Translations under genes and position numbers: made by a program
Origin: an uncultured Nitrospiraceae bacterium
GTDB taxonomy: Bacteria > Nitrospirota > Nitrospiria > Nitrospirales > Nitrospiraceae
Reading direction: 5' to 3'
NCBI GenBank assembly: GCA_963846575.1
Contig: CAWJWJ010000002.1
Coordinates: 2,432,001-2,496,000, forward strand
Length of the DNA stretch: 64,000 bases
The notes under the pieces: generated by a model
What the model saw: the letters and a program-made list of their open reading frames with translations, nothing else
Database searches by the model: none
What the model was told of the DNA's origin: nothing
In this document: in pieces, positions 10,055-19,143 of the stretch
Position numbering within the stretch: position 1 is the first letter of the stretch
How the letters are laid out: each line of letters opens with the position of its first letter

Positions 10055-11476
10055 ATGTCTGGACACCACCCCAAAACATTCACCGTCCTGCTCGTCGATG
10101 ACAATGCCGGGGACGTGGACATGTTTTTGCGGACCGTTGAACACGAACTGCCCCGCCATGAAGACGAGCGTGTGGACGTCGTCATCAATGCCACCGCGGA
10201 GGGTGCTCTGGAACGCCTGCAGCATCAACCGGTTGACCTCATTATTGCCGATGTCCGCCTGCCCGGGATGAGTGGGATTGAGTTGCTCCGGAGGGTGCAG
10301 GACATCAACCGACGAATTCCCGTCATCATCGTCAGCTGGGTCAATGCAACCGACACGGTGATTGACGCGATCCGTCATGGTGCCTTCGACTACATCGTGA
10401 AGCCGTATGACACCATGGATGTATCGGCTCGCATTCATCGGGCCATGCGCATGTCCGAAATTCTTTCGCAGGCTTCACCCGATGAGCCAGCCACCCCTCA
10501 CATTCCCTTTAAGAACCTGGTAGGCGTGAGTTCCCCCATTCGAAAGGTCATGGCGATGATCGAAGCCATCGCCCGGGTGCCATCGACGACTCTGATCATC
10601 GGAGAGACTGGTACGGGCAAAGAACTGATTGCTAAAGCGATTCACGAGCGAAGTCTCGATTGCGACGGTCCGTTTCAAGTCGTCGACTGCACGACCTTTT
10701 CAGAGGGCACAGTGGAGAGCGAACTATTCGGCCATGTCCGTGGCGCGTTCACCGGGGCAGTTGCTGACAAGACCGGCTTGATCGAATCCGGAAGTCACGG
10801 CACCGTCTTTCTGGACGAGATCGGGGATCTGCCCGCCAGTCTTCAAGCGAAACTGCTACGAGTGCTGGAGGCAGGCGAGGTCCGTGCCGTAGGTAGCACG
10901 CAGCAACGGAAGGTCAATGTGCGGTTCATTGCCGCCACGAACCAGGACCTGGCGGAGAAAGTGAAACGCAACGAATTCAGAAAGGACCTCTACTTTCGGC
11001 TCAATGTCATGGTGATCCGCGTGCCCCCATTGCGGGAGAGGACAGAAGATATTCCCGTGCTGGCACGTCACTTCATGGCCCGCTATGCCAAAGAATTTAC
11101 AAAACATGTGGAAGACCTTCATCCGTCGGCCGTCACCGAACTTGTCGCGTACCCATGGCCTGGTAACGTGCGAGAGTTGCGCAATGTGATGGAACGCGCC
11201 GTCATGTTAGCTAAAGGTGATCGCATCGGCATCAGTGATGTGGCTGGTCTTTTGGCGGTCCCAGATGACCGGCAGCGAGACGCTGGGGATGAAGACTATC
11301 TCCATCTGCCCTACGCCAAAGCAAAAGAAATGGTGCTGGAGGCATTTAACCGACGATACATATCAACCAAACTTACTATCCATCAGGGCAATGTCACGCA
11401 TGCCGCTCAAGACGCCGGACTTCCCCGTTCCTACTTTCACGAAATTATGCGCCGGTTCACCAGGGACGAAAAATGA
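10055..11476 (+). CDS. Sigma54-dependent response regulator (REC-AAA+-Fis HTH, NtrC family), probable nxrAB activator
   Basis: Receiver (LLVDD...IADVRLPG), Walker A GETGTGKE, ESELFGHVRGAFTGA, Walker B VFLDEIGDL, FRKDLYFRLNV, WPGNVRELRN; lies directly upstream of nxrA. Confidence 0.93.
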   Translation: MSGHHPKTFTVLLVDDNAGDVDMFLRTVEHELPRHEDERVDVVINATAEGALERLQHQPVDLIIADVRLPGMSGIELLRRVQDINRRIPVIIVSWVNATDTVIDAIRHGAFDYIVKPYDTMDVSARIHRAMRMSEILSQASPDEPATPHIPFKNLVGVSSPIRKVMAMIEAIARVPSTTLIIGETGTGKELIAKAIHERSLDCDGPFQVVDCTTFSEGTVESELFGHVRGAFTGAVADKTGLIESGSHGTVFLDEIGDLPASLQAKLLRVLEAGEVRAVGSTQQRKVNVRFIAATNQDLAEKVKRNEFRKDLYFRLNVMVIRVPPLRERTEDIPVLARHFMARYAKEFTKHVEDLHPSAVTELVAYPWPGNVRELRNVMERAVMLAKGDRIGISDVAGLLAVPDDRQRDAGDEDYLHLPYAKAKEMVLEAFNRRYISTKLTIHQGNVTHAAQDAGLPRSYFHEIMRRFTRDEK

Positions 11477-11478
11477 CT

Positions 11479-11642
11479 GTCAGCAAATCATGACAGTCAG
11501 CCATGCCAGTCATGACTAAGTCATTGTTTTATATTGAGTTTCACTAGAAATCACGGGTAGTCAGGTTTTACGAACATGACATATCATTGTATTATCAATC
11601 ACTTAAGGCATTGCTCCTCGACAGTAGTCAGTAGTTCCTGAC
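11479..11642. promoter_or_regulatory. Candidate enhancer (UAS) sites: GTCA-N8-TGAC palindromes
   Basis: GTCAgcaaatcaTGAC 11479-11494 (inside the 9-bp inverted repeat TGACTGTCA/TGACAGTCA), GTCAggttttacGAAC 11560-11575 (imperfect), GTCAgtagttccTGAC 11627-11642. Confidence 0.55.
11593..11605 (+). promoter_or_regulatory. IHF binding site
   Basis: TATCAATCACTTA is an exact match to WATCAANNNNTTR. One-mismatch copies lie on the minus strand at 11517-11529 and 11696-11708. Confidence 0.55.
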
Positions 11643-11765
11643 CCACCTCCCCTCCTTGCATTCGAACCCACTTATCATGACTTTCGGTTCATCTATAAGC
11701 CTTTGTTTTTAAGCTTCATTTTGTCAACCGCTGCGGATCATTCAGATTTCAACAAACGGCCCATG

Positions 11766-11782
11766 AGGCATGCGACTTGTAA
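11766..11782 (+). promoter_or_regulatory. Putative sigma54 -24/-12 promoter of nxrAB
   Basis: AGGCATGCGACTTGTAA = GG-N10-GT against consensus TGGCACNNNNNTTGC (non-canonical -12). It lies downstream of the UAS and IHF sites and ~175 nt before nxrA. Confidence 0.5.
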
Positions 11783-11956
11783 TACTCCTACTACGCGAGC
11801 GAATGTCCGCTCACATTTTTCGAATTGCGAGTGACGAATGTTTCCAATTCGACACAAGGAAAGGAGGTGTACAGCTAGATTGCATCCGGAAAGCGCAGTG
11901 AAGGTGTACGAACAGGTGCATGAGGGACTCATGTGCCTCACAAGGAGGTAGCTATT

Positions 11957-14900
11957 ATGCAGGTTTCCGTTTCACGGAGACAGTTTCTCAAAATCTCGGC
12001 GGGAACCGTCGCGGCAGTGGCCGTGGCGGACAAAGTCCTCGCGCTGACCGCGCTGCAGCCGGTCATCGAGGTTGGAAACCCGCTGGGTGAGTACCCCGAT
12101 CGGTCCTGGGAACGTGTGTATCACGACCAGTACCGGTACGACTCATCCTTTACCTGGTGCTGCTCACCGAACGACACTCACGGCTGTCGGATCCGGGCCT
12201 TTGTCCGGAACGGCGTCGTCATGCGCGTCGAGCAGAACTATGACCACCAAACCTATGAAGACCTCTACGGTAACCGAGGCACATTCGCCCATAACCCGCG
12301 CATGTGCTTGAAGGGCTTCACGTTCCACCGACGTGTATACGGTCCCTATCGATTGAAGGGTCCGTTGATGCGGAAGGGCTGGAAGCAGTGGATGGACGAC
12401 GGCTCCCCCGAGCTGACCCCAGATGTGAAGCGCAAGTATAAATTCGACAGCCGGTTCCTGGACGACCTCAACCGAGTATCGTGGGATACCGCCTTCACCT
12501 ATGTGGCAAAAGGCTGCGTGCTCATCGCCACGCGGTACAGCGGCGAAGCAGGCGCGCGTCGTCTCCGCGAGCAGGGGTATGCTCCGGAAATGATCGAGAT
12601 GATGAAGGGTGCCGGCGTGCGGACCTTCAAACATCGAGCCGGTATGCCGGTCCTCGGCATCATTGGCAAGATGATGAACACCCGCTTCAACGGTGGATGC
12701 CTGCCGTTGCTGGACTCCTGGATTCGCAAAGTCGATGCCGATAGAGCGCAAGGTGGAAAGTACTACTCCAACTATACGTGGCACGGCGACCAAGATCCGT
12801 CCCATCCGTTCTGGAACGGGACCCAGAACTGCGATATCGACCTCTCCGACATGCGCTTCTCCAAGCTGAACACCAGCTGGGGAAAGAACTTTGTCGAGAA
12901 CAAGATGCCGGAAGCGCACTGGAAGCTCGAGTCGATCGAGCGCGGTGCCCGCATCGTCGTGATCACTCCGGAATACAACCCAACGGCATACCGCGCCGAT
13001 TACTGGATTCCTCTTCGGCCGGAAACCGATGGCGCGAACTTCCTGGGTGCCGCGAAGATCATCTTCGACGAAAATCTCCAGGACATCGACTACATTAAGG
13101 AATTTACCGACCTGCCGTTGCTCGTACGGACGGATACGCTCCAGTACCTCGATCCGCGCGACGTGATTGCAGATTACAAGTTCCCTGATTTTTCAAAGAG
13201 CTACACGGGCCGTATCCAATCCTTGAAACCCGAGCAAATCGAACGGCTCGGCGGCATGATGGTCTGGGACCTGGCCAAGGGGAAAGCGGTTCCTCTACAC
13301 CGGGAACAGGTCGGCTTCCACTTCAAGGAAAGCGGCATTGATCCAGCCTTGACCGGTACCCATCGAGTCAAACTGCTCAATGGTCGTGAGATCGACGTCA
13401 TGTCGATTTACCAGATGTATCAAGTCCACCTCCAGGACTATGACCTGGATACCACGCACCAAATCACCCGTGCGCCGAAAGACCTGTTGGTCCGTTGGGC
13501 GCGTGATTCGGGCACGATTAAGCCGGCGGCGATGCATAACGGCGAAGGCGTTTGTCACTATTTCCACATGACGGAAATGGGTCGGGCGGCTGCGTTCATC
13601 ATGACCATCACCGGCAACATTGGCAAGTTCGGCACGGGCTGCCATACCTGGTCTGGTAACTACAAGGCCGGTATCTGGAACGCCGTTCCCTGGTCAGGCG
13701 CGGGACTCGCGGTGCACACCGGTGAGGATCCGTTCAATCTGACGTTGGATCCGAACGCCCACGGCAAGGAGATCAAGACCCGATCGTATTACTACGGTGA
13801 AGAAGTCGGATACTGGAACCACGGTGATACGGCCTTGATCGTCAACACGCCGAAGTACGGACGCAAGGTGTTCACCGGCAAGACCCACATGCCGAGCCCC
13901 AGCAAAGTCCGCTGGGTCACGAACGTGAACATCCTCAACAATGCCAAGCACCACTACGACATGGTGAAGAACGTCGACCCGAACATCGAGATGATCGTGA
14001 CGCAAGACATCGAGATGACCTCGGACGTCAACCATGCCGACGTGGCGTTTGCGTGTAACTCGTGGATGGAGTTCACCTATCCAGAAATGACAGGCACGGT
14101 CTCCAATCCGTGGATTCAAATCTGGAAGGGTGGCATTCGTCCGTTGTACGATACCCGCAACGACGCGGACACCTTCGCTGGCGTCGCAGCCAAATTGGCT
14201 GAAATGACCGGTGATGCACGCTTCCGCGGCGTGTTCCACTTCGTGTACATGAACCGCGTCGATGTCTATCCACAGCGGATGCTGGATGCCAGCGCGACCT
14301 GCTACGGATACAGCGCCGACGTCATGTTGAAGTCGGAAAAGGGTTGGATGGTCATGGGTCGGACCTATCCGCGTCATCCGCTCTGGGAAGAGACGAACGA
14401 GTCCAAGCCCCAGTGGACGCGGTCGGGACGCATTGAGACCTACCGTATCGAACCGGAAGCGATCGAGTACGGGGAAAACTTCATCGTACACCGGGAAGGC
14501 CCGGAGTGTACCCCGTATCTGCCGAATGCGATTTTCTCAAACAATCCATTCATTCGGCCGGACGATTACGGTATTCCGATCACGGCGCAGCACCATGATG
14601 ACAAGCATGTGCGAAACATCAAGCTGCCGTGGCAGGAAATCAAGCGACATCCGAACCCGTTGTGGGAGAAGGGCTACCAGTTCTACTGCGTGACGCCCAA
14701 GACCCGGCACCGGGTGCATAGCCAATGGTCGGTGAACGACTGGGTGCAGATTTACGAGTCGAACTTCGGCGATCCGTATCGGATGGACAAACGGACACCA
14801 GGTGTCGGCGAGCACCAATTGCACATCAACCCGCAAGCGGCGAAAGACCGCGGCATCAACGACGGCGACTACGTCTTTGTCGACGGTAACCCGGTGGACC

Positions 14901-15400
14901 GGCCCTATCGTGGCTGGAAGCCGTCGGACCCGTTCTACAAGGTCTCCCGGTTGATGATTCGTGCCAAGTACAATCCGGCCTATCCGTACCACGTCACGAT
15001 GGCAAAACATGCCCCGTATGTGGCAACGGCCAAGTCGGTGAAAGGCCACGAGACGCGGCCGGACGGACGCGCCATTGCGGTGGACACCGGCTATCAGTCC
15101 AACTTCCGGTACGGCGCACAACAGTCGTTTACCAGAAGCTGGTTGATGCCGATGCACCAAACCGACTCGCTCCCCGGCAAACATACGGTTGCCTGGAAGT
15201 TCAAGTGGGGCTATGCCATCGATCACCATGGCGTCAACACGACTCCGAAGGAGTGCCTGATCCGCATCACCAAGGCGGAAGACGGCGGCATCGGAGCCCG
15301 TGGGCCGTGGGAACCAGTCCGGACCGGTTTCACGCCGGGTCAGGAAAACGAGTTCATGATTAAGTGGCTCAAGGGGGAACATATCAAGATCAAGGTCTAG
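11957..15400 (+). CDS. nxrA: Nitrite oxidoreductase alpha subunit (Mo-bisPGD, periplasmic Nitrospira type)
   Basis: AAGGAGG RBS at 11942-11948; Tat motif SRRQFLK; Fe-S (FS0) motif CSPNDTHGC...PRMC; YTWHGDQ (Asp Mo-ligand region); TPKTRHRVHSQW; C-terminus ENEFMIKWLKGEHIKIKV. Confidence 0.98.
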   Translation: MQVSVSRRQFLKISAGTVAAVAVADKVLALTALQPVIEVGNPLGEYPDRSWERVYHDQYRYDSSFTWCCSPNDTHGCRIRAFVRNGVVMRVEQNYDHQTYEDLYGNRGTFAHNPRMCLKGFTFHRRVYGPYRLKGPLMRKGWKQWMDDGSPELTPDVKRKYKFDSRFLDDLNRVSWDTAFTYVAKGCVLIATRYSGEAGARRLREQGYAPEMIEMMKGAGVRTFKHRAGMPVLGIIGKMMNTRFNGGCLPLLDSWIRKVDADRAQGGKYYSNYTWHGDQDPSHPFWNGTQNCDIDLSDMRFSKLNTSWGKNFVENKMPEAHWKLESIERGARIVVITPEYNPTAYRADYWIPLRPETDGANFLGAAKIIFDENLQDIDYIKEFTDLPLLVRTDTLQYLDPRDVIADYKFPDFSKSYTGRIQSLKPEQIERLGGMMVWDLAKGKAVPLHREQVGFHFKESGIDPALTGTHRVKLLNGREIDVMSIYQMYQVHLQDYDLDTTHQITRAPKDLLVRWARDSGTIKPAAMHNGEGVCHYFHMTEMGRAAAFIMTITGNIGKFGTGCHTWSGNYKAGIWNAVPWSGAGLAVHTGEDPFNLTLDPNAHGKEIKTRSYYYGEEVGYWNHGDTALIVNTPKYGRKVFTGKTHMPSPSKVRWVTNVNILNNAKHHYDMVKNVDPNIEMIVTQDIEMTSDVNHADVAFACNSWMEFTYPEMTGTVSNPWIQIWKGGIRPLYDTRNDADTFAGVAAKLAEMTGDARFRGVFHFVYMNRVDVYPQRMLDASATCYGYSADVMLKSEKGWMVMGRTYPRHPLWEETNESKPQWTRSGRIETYRIEPEAIEYGENFIVHREGPECTPYLPNAIFSNNPFIRPDDYGIPITAQHHDDKHVRNIKLPWQEIKRHPNPLWEKGYQFYCVTPKTRHRVHSQWSVNDWVQIYESNFGDPYRMDKRTPGVGEHQLHINPQAAKDRGINDGDYVFVDGNPVDRPYRGWKPSDPFYKVSRLMIRAKYNPAYPYHVTMAKHAPYVATAKSVKGHETRPDGRAIAVDTGYQSNFRYGAQQSFTRSWLMPMHQTDSLPGKHTVAWKFKWGYAIDHHGVNTTPKECLIRITKAEDGGIGARGPWEPVRTGFTPGQENEFMIKWLKGEHIKIKV

Positions 15401-15415
15401 GGATCGATGGTCACG

Positions 15416-15437
15416 CCTAAGAGGACTGCCTCTTAGG
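15416..15437. other. Perfect intergenic hairpin between nxrA and nxrB
   Basis: CCTAAGAGG-ACTG-CCTCTTAGG: 9-bp stem, no U-tract. Confidence 0.6.
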
Positions 15438-15509
15438 GACGTCGTTCTCAGGACTTGAAACGAATGCGAACCATTAACCACATAATCATGTTCAGAAGGA
15501 GGATTCACA

Positions 15510-16799
15510 ATGCCAGAAGTCTATAACTGGCAACTGGGACGGAAGATGCTGTATCCCTACGAGGAGCGGCATCCGAAGTGGCAGTTTGCCTTTGTGTTCA
15601 ACATCAATCGCTGTTTGGCTTGTCAGACCTGTTCGATGGCCGACAAGTCGACCTGGCTCTTCTCGAAGGGGCAGGAATACATGTGGTGGAACAACGTGGA
15701 GACCAAGCCGTACGGCGGGTATCCGCAGTTCTACGACGTGAAGATCACCCAGCTCGTCGAGCAAGTGAACCCGGGTGGCCAGGTGTGGAACGTCCGGGTG
15801 GGACGCAAGCACCATGCGCCGTACGGGGTGTTCGAAGGCATGACCATTTTCGACGCGGGCGCCAAGGTGGGCCAGGCGGCGATCGGGTATATTCCGACGG
15901 ACCAGGAATGGCGGTTCGTGAACATTTACGAAGACACGGCGACTTCGATGCGGGCCATTGTCGAGAACATCGACAAGTCCGGCTTTACGCGCGACGAACC
16001 GTGGCGGCTCTCCGGCAGCAGCTTGCCGGAACATGAGACGTATTTCTTCTATCTGCAGCGGATCTGTAACCACTGCACCTATCCGGGCTGTCTGGCAGCC
16101 TGTCCGCGGAAGGCGATCTACAAGCGGCCGGAAGACGGCATTGTGTTGATCGACCAGAACCGCTGCCGCGGGTACAAGAAGTGCGTGGAACAGTGTCCCT
16201 ACAAGAAGCCGATGTACCGGGGCACGACCCGGGTATCGGAGAAGTGTATTGCCTGTTATCCGCGCATCGAAGGCAAGGACCCGCTGACGGGCGGCGAGCC
16301 GATGGAAACGCGTTGTATGGCCGCCTGCGTCGGCAAGATCCGGATGCAGAGCCTGATGCGCATCGGCGACGACGGTCTGTGGGCGGAAGATCGATGGCAC
16401 CCGCTGTACTACACGATTCGTGTGGAGCAGGTGGCGCTGCCGTTGTATCCGCAGTGGGGCACCGAGCCCAACGGCTACTACATTCCGCCACGGCACAGCC
16501 CGCGAGGGTATGCGCGGCAGATGTTCGGGCCGGGCGTGGACAACGCCATTGAGAAGTATCTCGTTCCGAGCCGGGAACTGTTGGCGGTCCTCCAACTCTG
16601 GAGAGCCAGCCAGCAGATCATCTTCCGGTACGACGTCATTCCGGGTCCGAAAGTGTTCGAAACCCAAATCCACGGGAAGCGGTTCGACATGTACAACGAT
16701 ACCGTGTTGGGCTTCAACAAGTCGGGCAAGGAAGTGGCGCGTATTCAGGTCGAAGAGCCGATCTACATTCGGCCGGCCGAGCGCGTGAACTGGCTGTAA
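15510..16799 (+). CDS. nxrB: Nitrite oxidoreductase beta subunit (Fe-S electron-transfer subunit)
   Basis: GGAGG RBS; MPEVYNWQLGR start; clusters CLACQTCSMAD, CNHCTYPGCLAAC, CRGYKKCVEQC, CIACYPR...CMAAC; no signal peptide. Confidence 0.98.
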   Translation: MPEVYNWQLGRKMLYPYEERHPKWQFAFVFNINRCLACQTCSMADKSTWLFSKGQEYMWWNNVETKPYGGYPQFYDVKITQLVEQVNPGGQVWNVRVGRKHHAPYGVFEGMTIFDAGAKVGQAAIGYIPTDQEWRFVNIYEDTATSMRAIVENIDKSGFTRDEPWRLSGSSLPEHETYFFYLQRICNHCTYPGCLAACPRKAIYKRPEDGIVLIDQNRCRGYKKCVEQCPYKKPMYRGTTRVSEKCIACYPRIEGKDPLTGGEPMETRCMAACVGKIRMQSLMRIGDDGLWAEDRWHPLYYTIRVEQVALPLYPQWGTEPNGYYIPPRHSPRGYARQMFGPGVDNAIEKYLVPSRELLAVLQLWRASQQIIFRYDVIPGPKVFETQIHGKRFDMYNDTVLGFNKSGKEVARIQVEEPIYIRPAERVNWL

Positions 16800-16853
16800 T
16801 ACTCATACGGGGGAGAACGGTATTCCTCTCTCCCCAGTAACGAGCTTGCACCA

Positions 16854-16898
16854 ACGAAGGCAGGAAGTTCACAGGAGCTTCCTGCCTTCGTGTTTTTT
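16854..16898 (+). terminator. Rho-independent terminator of nxrAB
   Basis: ACGAAGGCAGGAAGTTC-ACAG-GAGCTTCCTGCCTTCGT followed by GTTTTTT. Confidence 0.8.
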
Positions 16899-17159
16899 GC
16901 CACTCCTGCGAACTAGGAGGCGTGCTGCGCGGACACTCATTCTGGGTCATTCGTGGGGTTGGAAGTATGAGCGCGTCCTTTCCAATGAGCATATGACAAA
17001 CCTTTTCGGACGCGGTCTGTAACAATCTGCATCGACTTTTCTCTCTCCTCCGATCTGTCACTGTATAGGGGCAATGAACCTCGTTCATGCGATTCATACC
17101 TATTTCTGCCAGTCAGCCGGCCGCACTCTGATCTTAATGGCATTTATATCCTGCAGTTC

Positions 17160-17217
17160 TTGACAGGCTTCCTTTTTGAAGCTATACTCCCCCTAGTTGA
17201 TAACGGTTATCAGTATC
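17160..17217 (+). promoter_or_regulatory. Sigma70 promoter with a Fur box just downstream of the -10 element
   Basis: TTGACA (17160-17165), 17 bp, TATACT (17183-17188). TGATAAC-G-GTTATCA is a perfect 7-1-7 palindrome at 17198-17212, and 17199-17217 matches 15/19 of the GATAATGATAATCATTATC Fur consensus. Confidence 0.8.
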
Positions 17218-17270
17218 GAGACAATGCACTCTTCGCGCGGATCATCAATCATCAGTGGGAGATGCCACTC

Positions 17271-17477
17271 ATGTATGTCTGCTTGTGTAAGGGCTTGACG
17301 GAATCAGATGTGCGGGAAGCCGGCCGCCAGGGATGCCTGACAACCCGGCAAATTATTGCTGAGTTCGGCCTGCGGGAGAATGGGTGCTGCGGACGTTGCG
17401 CGAAAAATATCCATGAACTCGTTACACTGGCAAAAGGGCAGTTGGAAAGTGCTCGCTCAAACCCAGTACCTTCTTAA
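17271..17477 (+). CDS. bfd: Bacterioferritin-associated ferredoxin-like [2Fe-2S] protein
   Basis: MYVCLCKGLTESDV...GCCGRC is the BFD-like CxC...CxxC pattern; the upstream Fur box fits. Confidence 0.85.
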   Translation: MYVCLCKGLTESDVREAGRQGCLTTRQIIAEFGLRENGCCGRCAKNIHELVTLAKGQLESARSNPVPS

Positions 17478-17528
17478 TTCCCAAGTGTCGGGAGCACCGC
17501 GTTCCCGTTATCGTATCGATAGAATCCC

Positions 17529-18161
17529 TCACTGCCCCCTCTCGGAAGATTGTCTCATTTGCAGTTCAAAACCTTTTCTAACGACAACGGCTATCTCCGT
17601 TACCCGTTGCCCTAGATCCCGCGCCGCCGCCAGTTCTTGTTCATCGATACCCTGACTACTACCTTCTGTCGTAGCGGAAGCGCCAAAGGCCCCACCCCCA
17701 CTGACGACTATCATGTAATTTCCCAGCATGGCCGACAGCATCGAGAGTAGGGTCAGTTCTTTTCCACTCGAAACTTGGCCCCCCGTGGCAAATGCCCCGC
17801 CGACCTTATTCTTGAGTTTAAACTCTGGAAAAACCCCGAACTTAAATTGCCAGTCGTCAATGAAAGCTTTGACTTCTCCGGCCATATTGGACCAGTAGAC
17901 CGGAGAACCCAGGATGATGGCATCTGCAGTGAACAACTCCTCGGCCGTCACCTGCCCTACCCGCTTCATTGTCACATGGGCGGAAGGAACCTTCCCGGCT
18001 CCTTCCGCCACCGCCTTGGCCATCTGCTCGGTATGCCCGGAAAGGGAGTGATAGGCGACCAGCACGTGAATGGTCGAGAGGTTGTCAGCAGGATGCGCAT
18101 TGTGCGATGCGACCACCAGCCCAGCAATGCACAACAGCAGGACACGCAACAATTGAATCAT
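17529..18161 (-). CDS. WrbA-like flavodoxin-fold NAD(P)H:quinone oxidoreductase with N-terminal signal-like peptide
   Basis: AYHSLSGHTEQMA phosphate loop, GSPVYWSNMAGEVKAFID, KVGGAFATGG...GKELTL, ARDLGQRV. Confidence 0.85.
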   Translation of the reverse strand: MIQLLRVLLLCIAGLVVASHNAHPADNLSTIHVLVAYHSLSGHTEQMAKAVAEGAGKVPSAHVTMKRVGQVTAEELFTADAIILGSPVYWSNMAGEVKAFIDDWQFKFGVFPEFKLKNKVGGAFATGGQVSSGKELTLLSMLSAMLGNYMIVVSGGGAFGASATTEGSSQGIDEQELAAARDLGQRVTEIAVVVRKGFELQMRQSSERGQ

Positions 18162-18296
18162 CGGACACCCACTTGACAGCGAGAGAAGGATTGGAAGCCG
18201 ACGGGCCAGACTATCACAGGCCTCGCAGACGACCTGGCCCTCTGCAGAAGAGAAGGGGAAGGGTCTGAACAGTACTCGCCGCGAAACGCCCGCTTC

Positions 18297-18482
18297 CTAC
18301 CGGCGAACTGTTTCCTCATCCATGTGCTCTTCAACGGACACTTGGGTCAAGGTTCCGCGATAGTCACATTTATGGCAGCGGATCCTAAATTCCTCAATCC
18401 ATTTTTCCTGCACATACGATTGCCTGCATTTCGGGCACACAAAAACGCCTCTCATATAGAGCACGCGCCGAGTTTCCTTCAT
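18297..18482 (-). CDS. Small zinc-ribbon-like hypothetical protein
   Basis: GAGGAGG RBS before ATG 18482; CPKC...CHKC. Confidence 0.7.
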   Translation of the reverse strand: MKETRRVLYMRGVFVCPKCRQSYVQEKWIEEFRIRCHKCDYRGTLTQVSVEEHMDEETVRR

Positions 18483-18583
18483 CAACAACCTCCTCGCAGG
18501 TCAACAATGACCTGAGGATGGCATAGGCGCCGACGGAATTGCAAGACAGAGAAAACTACAGCATCGCCATGGCTTGCGTCAGC

Positions 18584-18612
18584 TTGACGACCCATCAAGA
18601 GCCCGTTAGGAT
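18584..18612 (+). promoter_or_regulatory. Putative sigma70 promoter for the DUF192 gene
   Basis: TTGACG, 17 bp, TAGGAT. Confidence 0.4.
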
Positions 18613-18617
18613 GCGGC

Positions 18618-19130
18618 ATGTTCAGCGATCCTGCGCTCCCGTTTGAGAAGCGACCCGCCTCAGTCGCACGAGCTTTCATGACGCTCTCTCTCTGGGTAAT
18701 GGCACTGTGTCTCATGACGGAGTCATCTATGGCTGCCGACCCTCCACCGGAAACTGTTATTATGGTGAAGACGCCGCAAGGCACATTAATCCAAGCCGAA
18801 CTTGCGGATACGGCACTCAAACGTGCCCAGGGTCTGATGTTCCGAGAAAAACTCCCGGACGATCGCGGCATGTTGTTCATTTTTGGGGATGCTCAACCTT
18901 GGACATTTTGGATGAAAAACACCAAGATACCGCTGGATATAATCTGGATGGATGGGAAAAAAACCATCGTCCATATTGAGCGTAACGTCCCCATTTGTAC
19001 GAGACACGACGATGGTTGTCCGCAATACCGTTCGGAGGAAGGCGCGGTATATGTCCTAGAACTCGGCGCAGGCAGGGCTGAGGCGCTCCACCTGCAGCGA
19101 GGCATGCGGCTGAGCTTTAAGCAGCCCTAA
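18618..19130 (+). CDS. DUF192-domain exported protein
   Basis: AELADT...RAQGLMFR...GMLFIF...FWMKNTKIPLDIIW...YVLELGAG; hydrophobic N-terminus. Start may be 18678. Confidence 0.88.
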   Translation: MFSDPALPFEKRPASVARAFMTLSLWVMALCLMTESSMAADPPPETVIMVKTPQGTLIQAELADTALKRAQGLMFREKLPDDRGMLFIFGDAQPWTFWMKNTKIPLDIIWMDGKKTIVHIERNVPICTRHDDGCPQYRSEEGAVYVLELGAGRAEALHLQRGMRLSFKQP

Positions 19131-19143
19131 CCGAGTTTTGCCA

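Noticed and set aside
12164..16673. Long antisense ORFs (251-393 aa) opposite nxrA and nxrB
   Set aside because: Shadow frames caused by strong codon bias; no motifs or RBS. The same applies to the long antisense ORFs over the RND permease, rel and secDF.
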